Below are positions 1 through 8,030 of a DNA stretch of 51,445 nt, piece after piece. The position numbers and the translations under genes were made by a program. Position 1 is the stretch's first letter; every line of letters begins with the position of its first letter. Below the pieces are notes generated by a model that ran no database searches, was not told where the DNA came from, and saw only the letters and a program-made list of their open reading frames with translations. Source of the stretch: a virus (taxonomy: Duplodnaviria > Caudoviricetes); the IMG/VR virus record IMGVR_UViG_3300020045_002964, positions 1 through 51,445 of that record; one strand, 5' to 3'.

Positions 1-121
1 ACAGAAAGTTAGGTGACAGATGATTGAATATTTATTTATGCTTGCTGAATACGCCTTATACGTCGTGTCAGTGGTTTTCCTGATTTATTTATCTGTTGAA
101 ATAATTAGAGATAACAGACGG
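1..121. repeat. Direct terminal repeat, copy 1 (121 bp); circular assembly overlap
   Basis: Identical to 51325-51445. Confidence 0.97.
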
Positions 122-124
122 TAA
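20..124 (+). CDS. Small membrane protein (34 aa, MIEYLFMLAEYALYVVSVVFLIYLSVEIIRDNRR)
   Basis: Hand-translated; AGGTGA upstream; one hydrophobic stretch. Confidence 0.45.
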   Translation: MIEYLFMLAEYALYVVSVVFLIYLSVEIIRDNRR

Positions 125-126
125 TT

Positions 127-328
127 TAGTTTTGTTGACGTAGACTATTACTCCTATTCTCTGATTCTAGATTTAATGAGTATGGTATACTACCAGAGTA
201 AGAAGAGTAAGAAGGAGAAAGAGAGAGAGGGGGTTAGTAGGAGAGAGGGGTAAATTTAGTGTAGTATTGATTCATACTCCTATAATCTAGAATCAGTGCA
301 AGGGGAATAGTCTACGTCCACAAAACTA
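127..328. repeat. Long imperfect inverted repeat (127-193 / 261-328) around a purine-rich spacer
   Basis: TAGTTTTGTTGACGTAGACTAT...TGATTCTAGATT...GAGTATG...ATACTAC is mirrored by GTAGTAT...CATACTC...AATCTAGAATCA...ATAGTCTACGTCCACAAAACTA. Confidence 0.85.
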
Positions 329-344
329 TAAGCGAACTCAACGT

Positions 345-650
345 ATGCAACAAATAACTCGTATCAAAGCTAACATTATTTCATCGATAATCTTCTATCA
401 AGCGCATTCCACGTTTCCAAAGCGTACAATTCATGGTGGTTATACTTTGATAGCACCAGATTCATCATTCTTCAAAGAATTCACATCAGTTCTAGCTTTC
501 ACATACAATCAAATAAAATCTCCAGGTAAGATTAAATTCCACAATTATCTTCTGCATCATATCGCAGTAATTAATAAAGATTCAGAATATACACCAAACA
601 ATATGGTTAAACTTTTCTACGATTCATCCGTTTCTGTGTCAGAAACATAA
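345..650 (+). CDS. Hypothetical protein
   Basis: 101-aa ORF co-oriented with the early arm. Confidence 0.55.
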   Translation: MQQITRIKANIISSIIFYQAHSTFPKRTIHGGYTLIAPDSSFFKEFTSVLAFTYNQIKSPGKIKFHNYLLHHIAVINKDSEYTPNNMVKLFYDSSVSVSET

Positions 651-665
651 AACACTTCTGCCACA
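635..665 (+). promoter_or_regulatory. Intergenic hairpin/operator-like element A (TGTGTCAGAA-N11-TTCTGCCACA)
   Basis: Inverted repeat; shares the 16-mer AAACACTTCTGCCACA with 1263-1278. Confidence 0.55.
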
Positions 666-683
666 ATAACCGGAGGAACAATT

Positions 684-863
684 ATGGATCGCAAAATCTT
701 CAAAACTTTCGCTGAAGTTTATGACTTCCAATCTCAATACGGTTTAGACCTTGAAGGTTATAAAACCCGTCTTGAGTTTTGTGTGGGTTACTACATGGAA
801 GTTATGCAAGATGGCGAATTCGTCGCATTCACCGAAAACGATTACAAGGAGTTAATCAAATGA
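684..863 (+). CDS. Hypothetical protein (59 aa, MDRKIFKTFAEV...)
   Basis: Hand-translated; strong GGAGG RBS; ATGA overlap with the next gene. Confidence 0.75.
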   Translation: MDRKIFKTFAEVYDFQSQYGLDLEGYKTRLEFCVGYYMEVMQDGEFVAFTENDYKELIK

Positions 864-1237
864 GTAACTACTCACCACAATCAAACGATATTTTCAACGA
901 ATACGTCAATTCGCCTGATAAAGACGCAATCCACGATCATATGCGAGCAAGGTATGGAACTCGTTACCTTGATTCTGACGATAAAACAATCGGCAATCGC
1001 ACCACAACGCGCTCGTCGCTTTACTCACTCATAAAAGAAAATAGATATCTGCACAATTACTACAAACAACCAAATGGGTACACCCTCAGAACGAGTCTCA
1101 GTTGGTCGATGATGAATAAGACGCATCCGTTGTTTGAGGTTACAAATCCTCCATTTGTATATTTCGGTATTAACGACGATATCTATATTGGGTGGAGGCA
1201 CATGAGTGAAGGAGAGATAAGCGTTATTGTTTACTAA
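860..1237 (+). CDS. Hypothetical protein
   Basis: ORF 779-1237 trimmed to ATG 860 after AAGGAG RBS. Confidence 0.65.
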   Translation: MSNYSPQSNDIFNEYVNSPDKDAIHDHMRARYGTRYLDSDDKTIGNRTTTRSSLYSLIKENRYLHNYYKQPNGYTLRTSLSWSMMNKTHPLFEVTNPPFVYFGINDDIYIGWRHMSEGEISVIVY

Positions 1238-1246
1238 CGCGTTGAT

Positions 1247-1279
1247 ATGTTGGCAGAAAGTCAAACACTTCTGCCACAT
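1247..1279 (+). promoter_or_regulatory. Intergenic hairpin/operator-like element A' (TGGCAGAA-N10-TTCTGCCA)
   Basis: Perfect 8-bp stem; related to 635-665. Confidence 0.55.
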
Positions 1280-1305
1280 TACCACCTCGTTATAAGGAGA
1301 TAACC

Positions 1306-1908
1306 ATGTCACCTGAAGAATTTTGCAACCTACATAGTGCATGCTCAGAAGGTAAAGCCTTCGCACTTAAATATAACACCATGAAAGAGGTTTGGAATAA
1401 TTGCCCAAATCCTAATTGGATGTTGTGGATTGTAAATAAACTCAAACTACAACCCGATCAGAAAGCTCTGCGATTGTTCGCGTGCTATTGTGTTCGTTAT
1501 ACACCAATAAATGACACGCAACGTTTGTGGTATCTATTAAAAGACCCACGATCGAAGCGCGCTGTATTGATCGCTGAACGATTTGCAAATAGTAAAGCAA
1601 CCAGAGAAGAACTCTCAGAAGCACGTGCTGCTGCTGCTTATGCTGCTGATGCTGCTGCTGCTTATGCTGCTTATGCTGCTGCTGCTGCTGCTTATGCTAC
1701 TGCTGCTTATGCTACTGCTGCTTATGCTACTGCTGCTGCTGATGCTGCTGCTGCTTATGCTACTGCTGCTGCTGATGCTGCTGCTGCTTATGCTACTGCT
1801 GCTGCTGATGCTGCTGCTTATGCTGCTGATGCTTATGCTGCGCGAGATAAAGCGCGTATGTTTCAAGCTAATAGATTGCGTAAAGTTATCGCTAACCCTT
1901 TTACATAA
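1306..1908 (+). CDS. Ala-repeat protein (Imm5-like/putative immunity-type helical N-terminal domain)
   Basis: AAGGAG RBS; LRLFACYCVR...DPRSKRAVLIAERFANSKATREEL followed by ~70 aa of A/Y/T/D repeats, a pattern common in phage early proteins. Confidence 0.7.
   Translation: MSPEEFCNLHSACSEGKAFALKYNTMKEVWNNCPNPNWMLWIVNKLKLQPDQKALRLFACYCVRYTPINDTQRLWYLLKDPRSKRAVLIAERFANSKATREELSEARAAAAYAADAAAAYAAYAAAAAAYATAAYATAAYATAAADAAAAYATAAADAAAAYATAAADAAAYAADAYAARDKARMFQANRLRKVIANPFT
1627..1839 (+). repeat. Intragenic GCT-based tandem repeat (only GCT/TAT/GAT/ACT codons)
   Basis: Directly visible; encodes AAAAY/ATAAY/AAD units. Confidence 0.95.
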
Positions 1909-1917
1909 AGTAAAGCC

Positions 1918-2325
1918 ATGGAAACAGAACTCATCGCACGCTTTGCAGACTTTCTTGAAACAGTAAAAGACGAACAATTTTACTTCCCAGCTATTGTGAA
2001 AAATTGGAATGAAGAAACAAAGTGCGGCACCATATGTTGCGCTGCTGGGCATCTTCCAAACTTTGATAGTAAAATGTGGTATTGGTATAAAGGGCATTTT
2101 TCTATTAGAGTTGGTAAAGTAAGTTCAAGTAAGTTCGATCTTTTTGAACAAATCGCTGAATACTTCGATATTTCATATCAAGAAGTTGAAGGCATTTTCT
2201 TCAATGAAACTCCAGAAGGCAGAAACGATAATTACAGCGACGATGATAGTTTCTTCTATAAGAAATCAAATTATGGCGTTACGCGTATCGACGTAATCAA
2301 CGCTCTCAGGGAACTAATCAAATGA
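1918..2325 (+). CDS. Hypothetical protein with CGTICCAAGH motif
   Basis: 135-aa ORF; ATGA overlap with the next gene. Confidence 0.75.
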   Translation: METELIARFADFLETVKDEQFYFPAIVKNWNEETKCGTICCAAGHLPNFDSKMWYWYKGHFSIRVGKVSSSKFDLFEQIAEYFDISYQEVEGIFFNETPEGRNDNYSDDDSFFYKKSNYGVTRIDVINALRELIK

Positions 2326-2648
2326 AACGCACCGCATTCGCACAACAATGGATCGACAAGCTTAAAAGCGATCCACAAGAAACCTTCTGTAAGGAAACAT
2401 TTTTCTTTGGTGGTGGTAAAGCATGCGCATTAGGTAAAGGATCAGAAATAATTACAGGCAAGACGAATTGTGGGTCTTGGGTTGGGTGTTTACTATTCGC
2501 TGATGCACTTGGATATTACACAAACTCAAATGGTTTTGTAAGCCGTAAATTCTTAGATACCATTTATCATCGTGTTTCTATAATGAATGATGAAGGTATA
2601 ACAGGCGCAGAAATCGCTGCTTATCTTGAAACGATTTTCGACGAATAA
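2322..2648 (+). CDS. Hypothetical protein (W..KL...CALG...ND...EIA family); paralog of 3219-3542
   Basis: Motifs shared with 3219-3542. Confidence 0.75.
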   Translation: MKRTAFAQQWIDKLKSDPQETFCKETFFFGGGKACALGKGSEIITGKTNCGSWVGCLLFADALGYYTNSNGFVSRKFLDTIYHRVSIMNDEGITGAEIAAYLETIFDE

Positions 2649-2712
2649 GTCGCTTCCACGTCATCTTAGTAATAAGGTGCCGTGATAAACGTCTTACAAA
2701 GAAAGGACGAAT

Positions 2713-2826
2713 ATGTTTCTAGATTTATTTTTACTTGTATTCGCTATAGTAACTGGCCTAGGTTTAGGTTTAGTTATTGTAGCTGCTGCATTTATGTTTA
2801 TGCTACACTGGTTTGATAGGCACTAA
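2713..2826 (+). CDS. Small membrane protein (37 aa, MFLDLFLLVFAIVTGLGLGLVIVAAAFMFMLHWFDRH)
   Basis: Hand-translated; GAAAGGA RBS. Confidence 0.6.
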   Translation: MFLDLFLLVFAIVTGLGLGLVIVAAAFMFMLHWFDRH

Positions 2827-2828
2827 TC

Positions 2829-3146
2829 ATGCCACACCACGTCGCATTCATCGTACGCACCAAAGGTTTTGAAGACGAACGAATCGTCGCAAAAGAACAT
2901 GAAGATACTTCTGCGATTGTGAATAAACAGTTGTTGGTATTAACAGACCAACAGAATATGAACATTCTGTTCAACAACGCCGTACTCATAGCCATGCATA
3001 AAGAGCGTAAGTTCAAAGATACGTTTATCTTCATGGATGGTGTTACACTCGTCGCTTGTGTGAAAACGAATCATACAGGTAAATCACAGCTGTATTACTA
3101 CAGCGCTAAGCCATCCTGGCTATTTCTTCTACAGAGGAAACTTTAA
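2829..3146 (+). CDS. Hypothetical protein
   Basis: 105-aa ORF, tightly packed. Confidence 0.65.
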   Translation: MPHHVAFIVRTKGFEDERIVAKEHEDTSAIVNKQLLVLTDQQNMNILFNNAVLIAMHKERKFKDTFIFMDGVTLVACVKTNHTGKSQLYYYSAKPSWLFLLQRKL

Positions 3147-3218
3147 GACAATCCTCTGCACTCATAGCAATATGGTTGCAGAATGATCGCCTTAACCCGT
3201 TCACGAAAGGAACGACGA

Positions 3219-3542
3219 ATGAAACGCTCTCTACGCGATAAATGGTTAGAACGTCTGCGCGACCCAAACACAAAGCAATGTCGTTATAATTATGTTAGAA
3301 ACGATGAAGGTTCGTGTTGTGCTTTAGGGCATTTAACTGATGCATGTGGATTTAACCCACAATGTTATTCGAGTTATGCTCTTAATCAATTTATAGGTGG
3401 TAATCTACTGCCAATTCAAGATGGTGAGTTTAAAGGTACCTCATGGGGTTTGACTTTAATTCATCTAAATGACCATAAACTATTATCACTTCCTGAAATC
3501 GCAGACTGGATCGAACAAAACGTTCCTGTGGAGGAAGGATGA
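3219..3542 (+). CDS. Hypothetical protein (CCALGHL...LND...EIADWIE); paralog of 2322-2648
   Basis: Start moved to ATG 3219 after GAAAGGA RBS. Confidence 0.75.
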   Translation: MKRSLRDKWLERLRDPNTKQCRYNYVRNDEGSCCALGHLTDACGFNPQCYSSYALNQFIGGNLLPIQDGEFKGTSWGLTLIHLNDHKLLSLPEIADWIEQNVPVEEG

Positions 3543-3748
3543 AAGAGCAAACACCATACTTCGACTTTGAAGAAGTAGAAAACGAAATCAAAGATTTGAT
3601 TATCGATAAAGTTGAAGCGTTTATGGATTTAGATGATGAACAATATCAACGCTTAGAAACACTTGTCGATAAACATGAGCTAGGCGATATTATTCAACAG
3701 TTTATATCTCAAATTAACTATAAATTAAAGACTAGTAATATCTTATAG
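3539..3748 (+). CDS. Small acidic hypothetical protein
   Basis: GGAGGAAGG RBS; ATGA overlap. Confidence 0.7.
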   Translation: MKEQTPYFDFEEVENEIKDLIIDKVEAFMDLDDEQYQRLETLVDKHELGDIIQQFISQINYKLKTSNIL

Positions 3749-3766
3749 TTAATATATTACACGATT

Positions 3767-3928
3767 GGGCCAAGGGTGGCGGCGAGTAAGGACCCGACCC
3801 TCCCAAATCAATTCCTAGCCCCTTTCCCGTCAGTCTCAGCCACTTTACCCCTCGGCAGGTCCAACGCCAGCCAAACGGGTAAAGTGTCTAGGAAAGCCTG
3901 GAAACGCCAGCAACGGCCACCCTCGCCC
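3767..3928. other. GC-rich nested inverted-repeat element
   Basis: AGGGTGGC 3773-80 / GCCACCCT 3916-23; TTCCTAG 3812-18 / CTAGGAA 3888-94; CACTTTACCC 3841-50 / GGGTAAAGTG 3877-86. Confidence 0.7.
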
Positions 3929-3934
3929 CGCCTC

Positions 3935-3962
3935 TTGCTTTCACCAAATAACCCCGTATAAT
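3935..3962 (+). promoter_or_regulatory. sigma70-type promoter TTGCTT-N16-TATAAT
   Basis: Consensus -10; same spacing as five other promoters. Confidence 0.75.
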
Positions 3963-3978
3963 GCCGGAGCTACCTCAT

Positions 3979-4263
3979 ATGAATATAGCATCAGGTTATC
4001 CGTATCCATATTACATGCGCGTAAAAAGCTCTTATGATTATAAGAGTATGTTCGACGCATGCTACGCCAAAGTAACTCTCAACGAGTTGATGAATGAGTA
4101 TTTTAACGATGATCACGTAGATAACCTTAAAGCAGGAGCTATAGTTTCTGTCATCGTAGCTAATCGTACTCAACGTAACCAATGTATCGCATTCGATGAG
4201 AATGTTTTCTTCCGCGCCGATCTAAACGCATACGTTGATGAGTGGAGTATGTATGTTCAATGA
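3979..4263 (+). CDS. Hypothetical protein
   Basis: ATG 3961 overlaps the -10 box, so ATG 3979 after GGAG is preferred. Confidence 0.65.
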   Translation: MNIASGYPYPYYMRVKSSYDYKSMFDACYAKVTLNELMNEYFNDDHVDNLKAGAIVSVIVANRTQRNQCIAFDENVFFRADLNAYVDEWSMYVQ

Positions 4264-4393
4264 ACTAATCGGTGCTCACACCAAACTTTCAAATAAGACG
4301 CATGTATTTATTCCAAAGTACAATGAGTACTGGTCACAATTCGCATTTAAGAATGTAAAACATCGTCTTGAACTAAGATACTATCGCAATTAG
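4253..4393 (+). CDS. Small hypothetical protein (46 aa)
   Basis: Hand-translated; GGAG RBS; fills the gap. Confidence 0.5.
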   Translation: MFNELIGAHTKLSNKTHVFIPKYNEYWSQFAFKNVKHRLELRYYRN

Positions 4394-4460
4394 ACGCTCT
4401 CGCTGTCATAGTACTAATCTACTATGACATAATGAACGCCTAACCCAAAGAAAGGACGGT

Positions 4461-4760
4461 ATGCAACACGATATTATAGACTTAGTTTACCGTGAAGATA
4501 AAGCCAAAGAATGGCGTCTTCAATTCTGGCCTGGAGAAAATGGATTCTGTGCAGAATTCCATATCCATCGACCAATTTTTGCACGTCGAATCGACGCTGT
4601 GATCGTTGAAGATGCAGATATTCCTTGGTTGACTGAGTTTCTACGCAATAAAAGCTCACTCCTTCTGCCTCAAATCGTTGAAGCATGCACACGATGCCAA
4701 ATCAAAGGCTTTAATAAAGCTCATTGGTCTGACGTTAAAGATGAGTTGGTGCAGCTGTGA
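4461..4760 (+). CDS. Hypothetical protein
   Basis: GAAAGGA RBS; GTGA overlap. Confidence 0.7.
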   Translation: MQHDIIDLVYREDKAKEWRLQFWPGENGFCAEFHIHRPIFARRIDAVIVEDADIPWLTEFLRNKSSLLLPQIVEACTRCQIKGFNKAHWSDVKDELVQL

Positions 4761-5077
4761 CACATAAAGAAATCGTACAAATGATGGTGCAAAACGGCGT
4801 ACCCTACGAGGAAGCCGTTAAAGACGCACACGACGTACTCAACGCCATCAAAGAAAGCGACAAAGTTCGCCCTTCACTTAGTATCAAAGACATCTTTGAC
4901 TTAGGAAACATCGCAACAATCTTACAGTTGAAAGCGATGAAGCTTCAAGTTCGACACAACGAAGGATCAGCTACGGCAGAAATGGATAAGAATACTTCTG
5001 TTATATTGATGAAGTTGAAGAAATCTATCGATTGCATTCGCGACACCTACGAAAAGGAACATAGAGATGGCCCGTAA
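4757..5077 (+). CDS. Hypothetical protein
   Basis: 106-aa ORF, translationally coupled. Confidence 0.7.
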   Translation: MTHKEIVQMMVQNGVPYEEAVKDAHDVLNAIKESDKVRPSLSIKDIFDLGNIATILQLKAMKLQVRHNEGSATAEMDKNTSVILMKLKKSIDCIRDTYEKEHRDGP

Positions 5078-5462
5078 GAAAGATGATGCTGTTTACAAGC
5101 AAGCGCTTGAAGATTTGCAGAAACAACGCACTACAATTGAGAAGTTAAACTTGCAGATTAAAGATTTAGTAGCTAATAATGAGCAACAAGCTTCTACTAT
5201 TCGGCGCTATCAACACACTGTTGAAGCTAAAGAGAAGACGATCACATTCTTACGTCAAACTCGCACAGGCGCTGACGATCGTAAAGCAATGTGTCTTAAA
5301 GAGAATATGCGTAGCCATACTATTAAGCTTATCGCTGCACATATCCAACGTTCTGACCATGACCAATATAGCAGTGATGCAGTAATGAAAGACATCATTC
5401 GTGTGAGTAAGAATATTGTGAAACAGGTATATAGCCCTGAGACTAGTGAGTCGATGACATGA
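5067..5462 (+). CDS. Coiled-coil hypothetical protein
   Basis: AAGGA RBS; heptad-like N-terminal half. Confidence 0.7.
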   Translation: MARKKDDAVYKQALEDLQKQRTTIEKLNLQIKDLVANNEQQASTIRRYQHTVEAKEKTITFLRQTRTGADDRKAMCLKENMRSHTIKLIAAHIQRSDHDQYSSDAVMKDIIRVSKNIVKQVYSPETSESMT

Positions 5463-5677
5463 CAGTCGATTACTTAACACTAGAAGAAATCTACTGTATT
5501 AAAACTCTCATGGATGAACGGCATTTCGTAGAAGTTAAATATATCCACGATGTAACCCCACCAAGTCACAGAACGTTCTCATTTAGATGTAAAGATCAGC
5601 ATATTTGGCAACGTTTCTATATGGTACGCTTCGATAAAGGTCCTCTTGTTAGTAAAATCTCTTGGAGACCTGTATGA
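5459..5677 (+). CDS. Hypothetical protein
   Basis: ATGA overlaps on both sides. Confidence 0.65.
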   Translation: MTVDYLTLEEIYCIKTLMDERHFVEVKYIHDVTPPSHRTFSFRCKDQHIWQRFYMVRFDKGPLVSKISWRPV

Positions 5678-5973
5678 TCGTAAATAAGAAAGCACTCTAC
5701 GCACTCGCCGCATACTACGAGGCATGTGGTAACAACTTCAACGATACTAGTGATCGGCTACTTCTTTTTGATATGTTTGTTCTTTGTATTGATGACTCGT
5801 TTAACGAGAAAGAAGTTAAACGATCTTTTGTTCATATGGAAATCTTCTTTAAGTTTAAGAAACATCACGATACGTATGTTCACAGTATCTGTGACCAGTG
5901 CGTAGCTAAGTTTCTACGCTACATTGCAAAGCATTCTAAGTTCCCGCCAATTAAAAGACTACATTACGTTTAA
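5674..5973 (+). CDS. Hypothetical protein
   Basis: ATG 5674 with GGAG RBS and ATGA overlap. Confidence 0.65.
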   Translation: MIVNKKALYALAAYYEACGNNFNDTSDRLLLFDMFVLCIDDSFNEKEVKRSFVHMEIFFKFKKHHDTYVHSICDQCVAKFLRYIAKHSKFPPIKRLHYV

Positions 5974-6092
5974 TATGTGAGCCGATGAACATAGCCTGAA
6001 TCCTCAGGTCCAACCATCTAATGGCCACATCAACAATTTATTAGGTACGTGGGATCACCGGAAAGATCCCGCACCAAACTCGGAGGATTAAG

Positions 6093-6371
6093 ATGATTCA
6101 GTATCGATTCATTTCAAGCGATTACTCAGAGGATCGTGTGCATATTCCAGAAATGACGATCCAGTATAGAGGAAATGATTTGATGGATTGGGAGTATATT
6201 TGCACTGTTAAACGAGGCAAAGTCGAAAAGCGTAGTATTGATTCTGTCAACACAGAATGCGAACAAATCATCAAAGCATTTCAATTACGAGATGCTATAA
6301 AAGCTACCGCAAGGCAGCAGAAAGAAGAACGTCATGTCAGACCAAGTATCCCGCGCCTTCAACTGGATTGA
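6093..6371 (+). CDS. Hypothetical protein
   Basis: GGAGG RBS. Confidence 0.7.
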   Translation: MIQYRFISSDYSEDRVHIPEMTIQYRGNDLMDWEYICTVKRGKVEKRSIDSVNTECEQIIKAFQLRDAIKATARQQKEERHVRPSIPRLQLD

Positions 6372-6642
6372 TGCGCGCATAGCTAGAACGCGTAAGTTTT
6401 TAGAAGATATGATTGAAAATAATGTGAGGAAGATAGAACAAGTCTCACATCATACTTCTAAAGCAGCACAAGACGCTATCAAGAAAGCAGAAGAAAAGCA
6501 CACGGCAGAAGTTGTGCTTCGTTGGACGCTCGAACGTCACAACATTGTTACTCAAGCTATCGAAGTATTCAAATTGCCTCGTAGCAGTGATCGTGAGTTG
6601 GTCGAATACTTTGACTCAAAGATGATGGAAGATAAGGCGTGA
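6334..6642 (+). CDS. Hypothetical helical protein
   Basis: 102-aa ORF in operon. Confidence 0.65.
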   Translation: MSDQVSRAFNWIDARIARTRKFLEDMIENNVRKIEQVSHHTSKAAQDAIKKAEEKHTAEVVLRWTLERHNIVTQAIEVFKLPRSSDRELVEYFDSKMMEDKA

Positions 6643-6797
6643 ACGAAGGTAAGTCGTACTCGATGCTTCGTGATTTTGAAAGTCATGGTATCACATATAA
6701 CCAAGGTGATACCATGACAGAGCATTACCTTCTGATGACACACTCACCACTTGAGATAGAGTGGTTGATAAAGCTGAGATACATTAAGGAAGTCTAA
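6639..6797 (+). CDS. Small hypothetical protein (52 aa, GTG start)
   Basis: Hand-translated; GTGA and TAATG overlaps with neighbours. Confidence 0.6.
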   Translation: MNEGKSYSMLRDFESHGITYNQGDTMTEHYLLMTHSPLEIEWLIKLRYIKEV

Positions 6798-7030
6798 TGC
6801 ATAAACATCCAAAGTACATAGAGCTTAAAGTAAAACTTCATGGTGTCAAAGCAGCGATTCAAGACGATGACCCTGTTAAAGCTTCATTGATGATGGAAGA
6901 AGCTATGCTAGACTTCATGAAGTTCATCGCATCAGATCGTGATACGCGTGTATGTTGCCAAGACTGGATCACAGATTGTGCGCATGAGTTTACACAGATC
7001 CCACACATAGATATTACGAGAGCACCATGA
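6797..7030 (+). CDS. Hypothetical protein
   Basis: AAGGA RBS; coupled. Confidence 0.65.
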   Translation: MHKHPKYIELKVKLHGVKAAIQDDDPVKASLMMEEAMLDFMKFIASDRDTRVCCQDWITDCAHEFTQIPHIDITRAP

Positions 7031-7278
7031 AACATACAGAACTGCAAGTCTTGAAATCTGCGATTAAAGATATTGAATCAGCTAAGAATGTGATTAATAG
7101 CGCTATAGCTTCTTACGCTTTACTGTATAAAGAAAAGAATGGGCACAGTCTTTACACTGGATTCTTTACCTATAAGATCGAATATTGTTTGAACAAGTTG
7201 AAGAAGTTATCAGATGGTGATCTTACTCACGATGCAGCAGCACAAAAGCGATTTGATGAGGGTGAGCATGGTGATTGA
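7027..7278 (+). CDS. Hypothetical protein
   Basis: ATGA overlap. Confidence 0.65.
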   Translation: MKHTELQVLKSAIKDIESAKNVINSAIASYALLYKEKNGHSLYTGFFTYKIEYCLNKLKKLSDGDLTHDAAAQKRFDEGEHGD

Positions 7279-7600
7279 AACTCTCATGATCGTGCGTGCT
7301 TATAGCCCATGGGATGCAGTAGATAAAGAGTATCGTCTAAAGAATCCTATCCCTATAACCGCGCGTGGTAATCATTGTTCAGAGCATCCATATGGTATCG
7401 CAGCATATCTTCCGGATTATCCACGCGGAACAACGATTTCTGTGCCCGGTTATAATGATAACAAAGCTACTTCTGTTGATGATACAGGTGGCGACCTTCG
7501 CAAAGCTAAAGGCGGATGGATTGAAATTCGTTTCAAGACAGAAGCAGAAGCTAAACGTTGGGGTAAACAAACAATTAAAGTAAGGATTATATACCCATGA
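7268..7600 (+). CDS. 3D-domain (MltA-like double-psi barrel) peptidoglycan-acting protein, divergent
   Basis: AYSP...TARG...GIAA...PRGT.I.VPGY...VDDTGG...IEIRF...AKRWGKQTIKVRI matches the 3D-domain layout. Confidence 0.8.
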   Translation: MVIETLMIVRAYSPWDAVDKEYRLKNPIPITARGNHCSEHPYGIAAYLPDYPRGTTISVPGYNDNKATSVDDTGGDLRKAKGGWIEIRFKTEAEAKRWGKQTIKVRIIYP

Positions 7601-7833
7601 GTAAAGAAAAAGTCTACGCAAGCGATGGATGCATGATAGTTTTAATAGCTATAGCACTCATCACTCTTGTTGTTACTACTATCACAGGTAATCTACGTGC
7701 TGATAGAGCAGAAGCTGATCTTGCTAAGCTAGAGATAGAATATATTAGGTTGAAAACTGCTATGCTCATCTTGAACATTGAAGACTTTGTTGAAGTCGAG
7801 CCAGGTAAAGTAGAAATGAAGGTGCGCAAGTGA
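7597..7833 (+). CDS. Membrane-anchored coiled-coil protein
   Basis: N-terminal TM helix (MIVLIAIALITLVVTTI) followed by a coiled coil. Confidence 0.65.
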   Translation: MSKEKVYASDGCMIVLIAIALITLVVTTITGNLRADRAEADLAKLEIEYIRLKTAMLILNIEDFVEVEPGKVEMKVRK

Positions 7834-8030
7834 AGAAAGAAGATGTGTTTGGTTGTATCTTTTGTATTTTTCTTTTCTCAACCATGGCATGGTTTATAGG
7901 TAGAGAATCAATGCAAATTAAAATTCAGCATGAAGCAGTCGAAAAAGGCGTAGGAGAATGGGTAATCGAATACCAAGAACCAGACTTTAGCGATGTTAAA
8001 AGGAGCTTTCGATGGAAACTTCCACGATAA
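7830..8030 (+). CDS. Small membrane protein
   Basis: N-terminal TM helix; GTGA overlap. Confidence 0.65.
   Translation: MKKEDVFGCIFCIFLFSTMAWFIGRESMQIKIQHEAVEKGVGEWVIEYQEPDFSDVKRSFRWKLPR

Noticed and set aside
1-121. 121-bp terminal repeat as a biological DTR
   Set aside because: The exact odd-length overlap cuts through a small ORF and is typical of assembler k-mer circularisation; it supports completeness, not the physical ends
1583-2097. Poly-Leu/Met (1583-1966 +) and poly-Ser/Ile (1615-2097 -) ORFs
   Set aside because: Alternative frames of the GCT repeat; the Ala frame has the RBS and a recognisable flanking domain
3776-3961. 61-aa Pro-rich ORF
   Set aside because: No RBS, atypical composition, coincides with the nested inverted repeats and a promoter
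5974-6092. tRNA or hammerhead-like RNA (hairpin GTGGGATC-accggaaa-GATCCCGC ending in CACCA)
   Set aside because: No T-loop TTCRA, no cloverleaf and no CTGATGA/GAAA core; only simple hairpins
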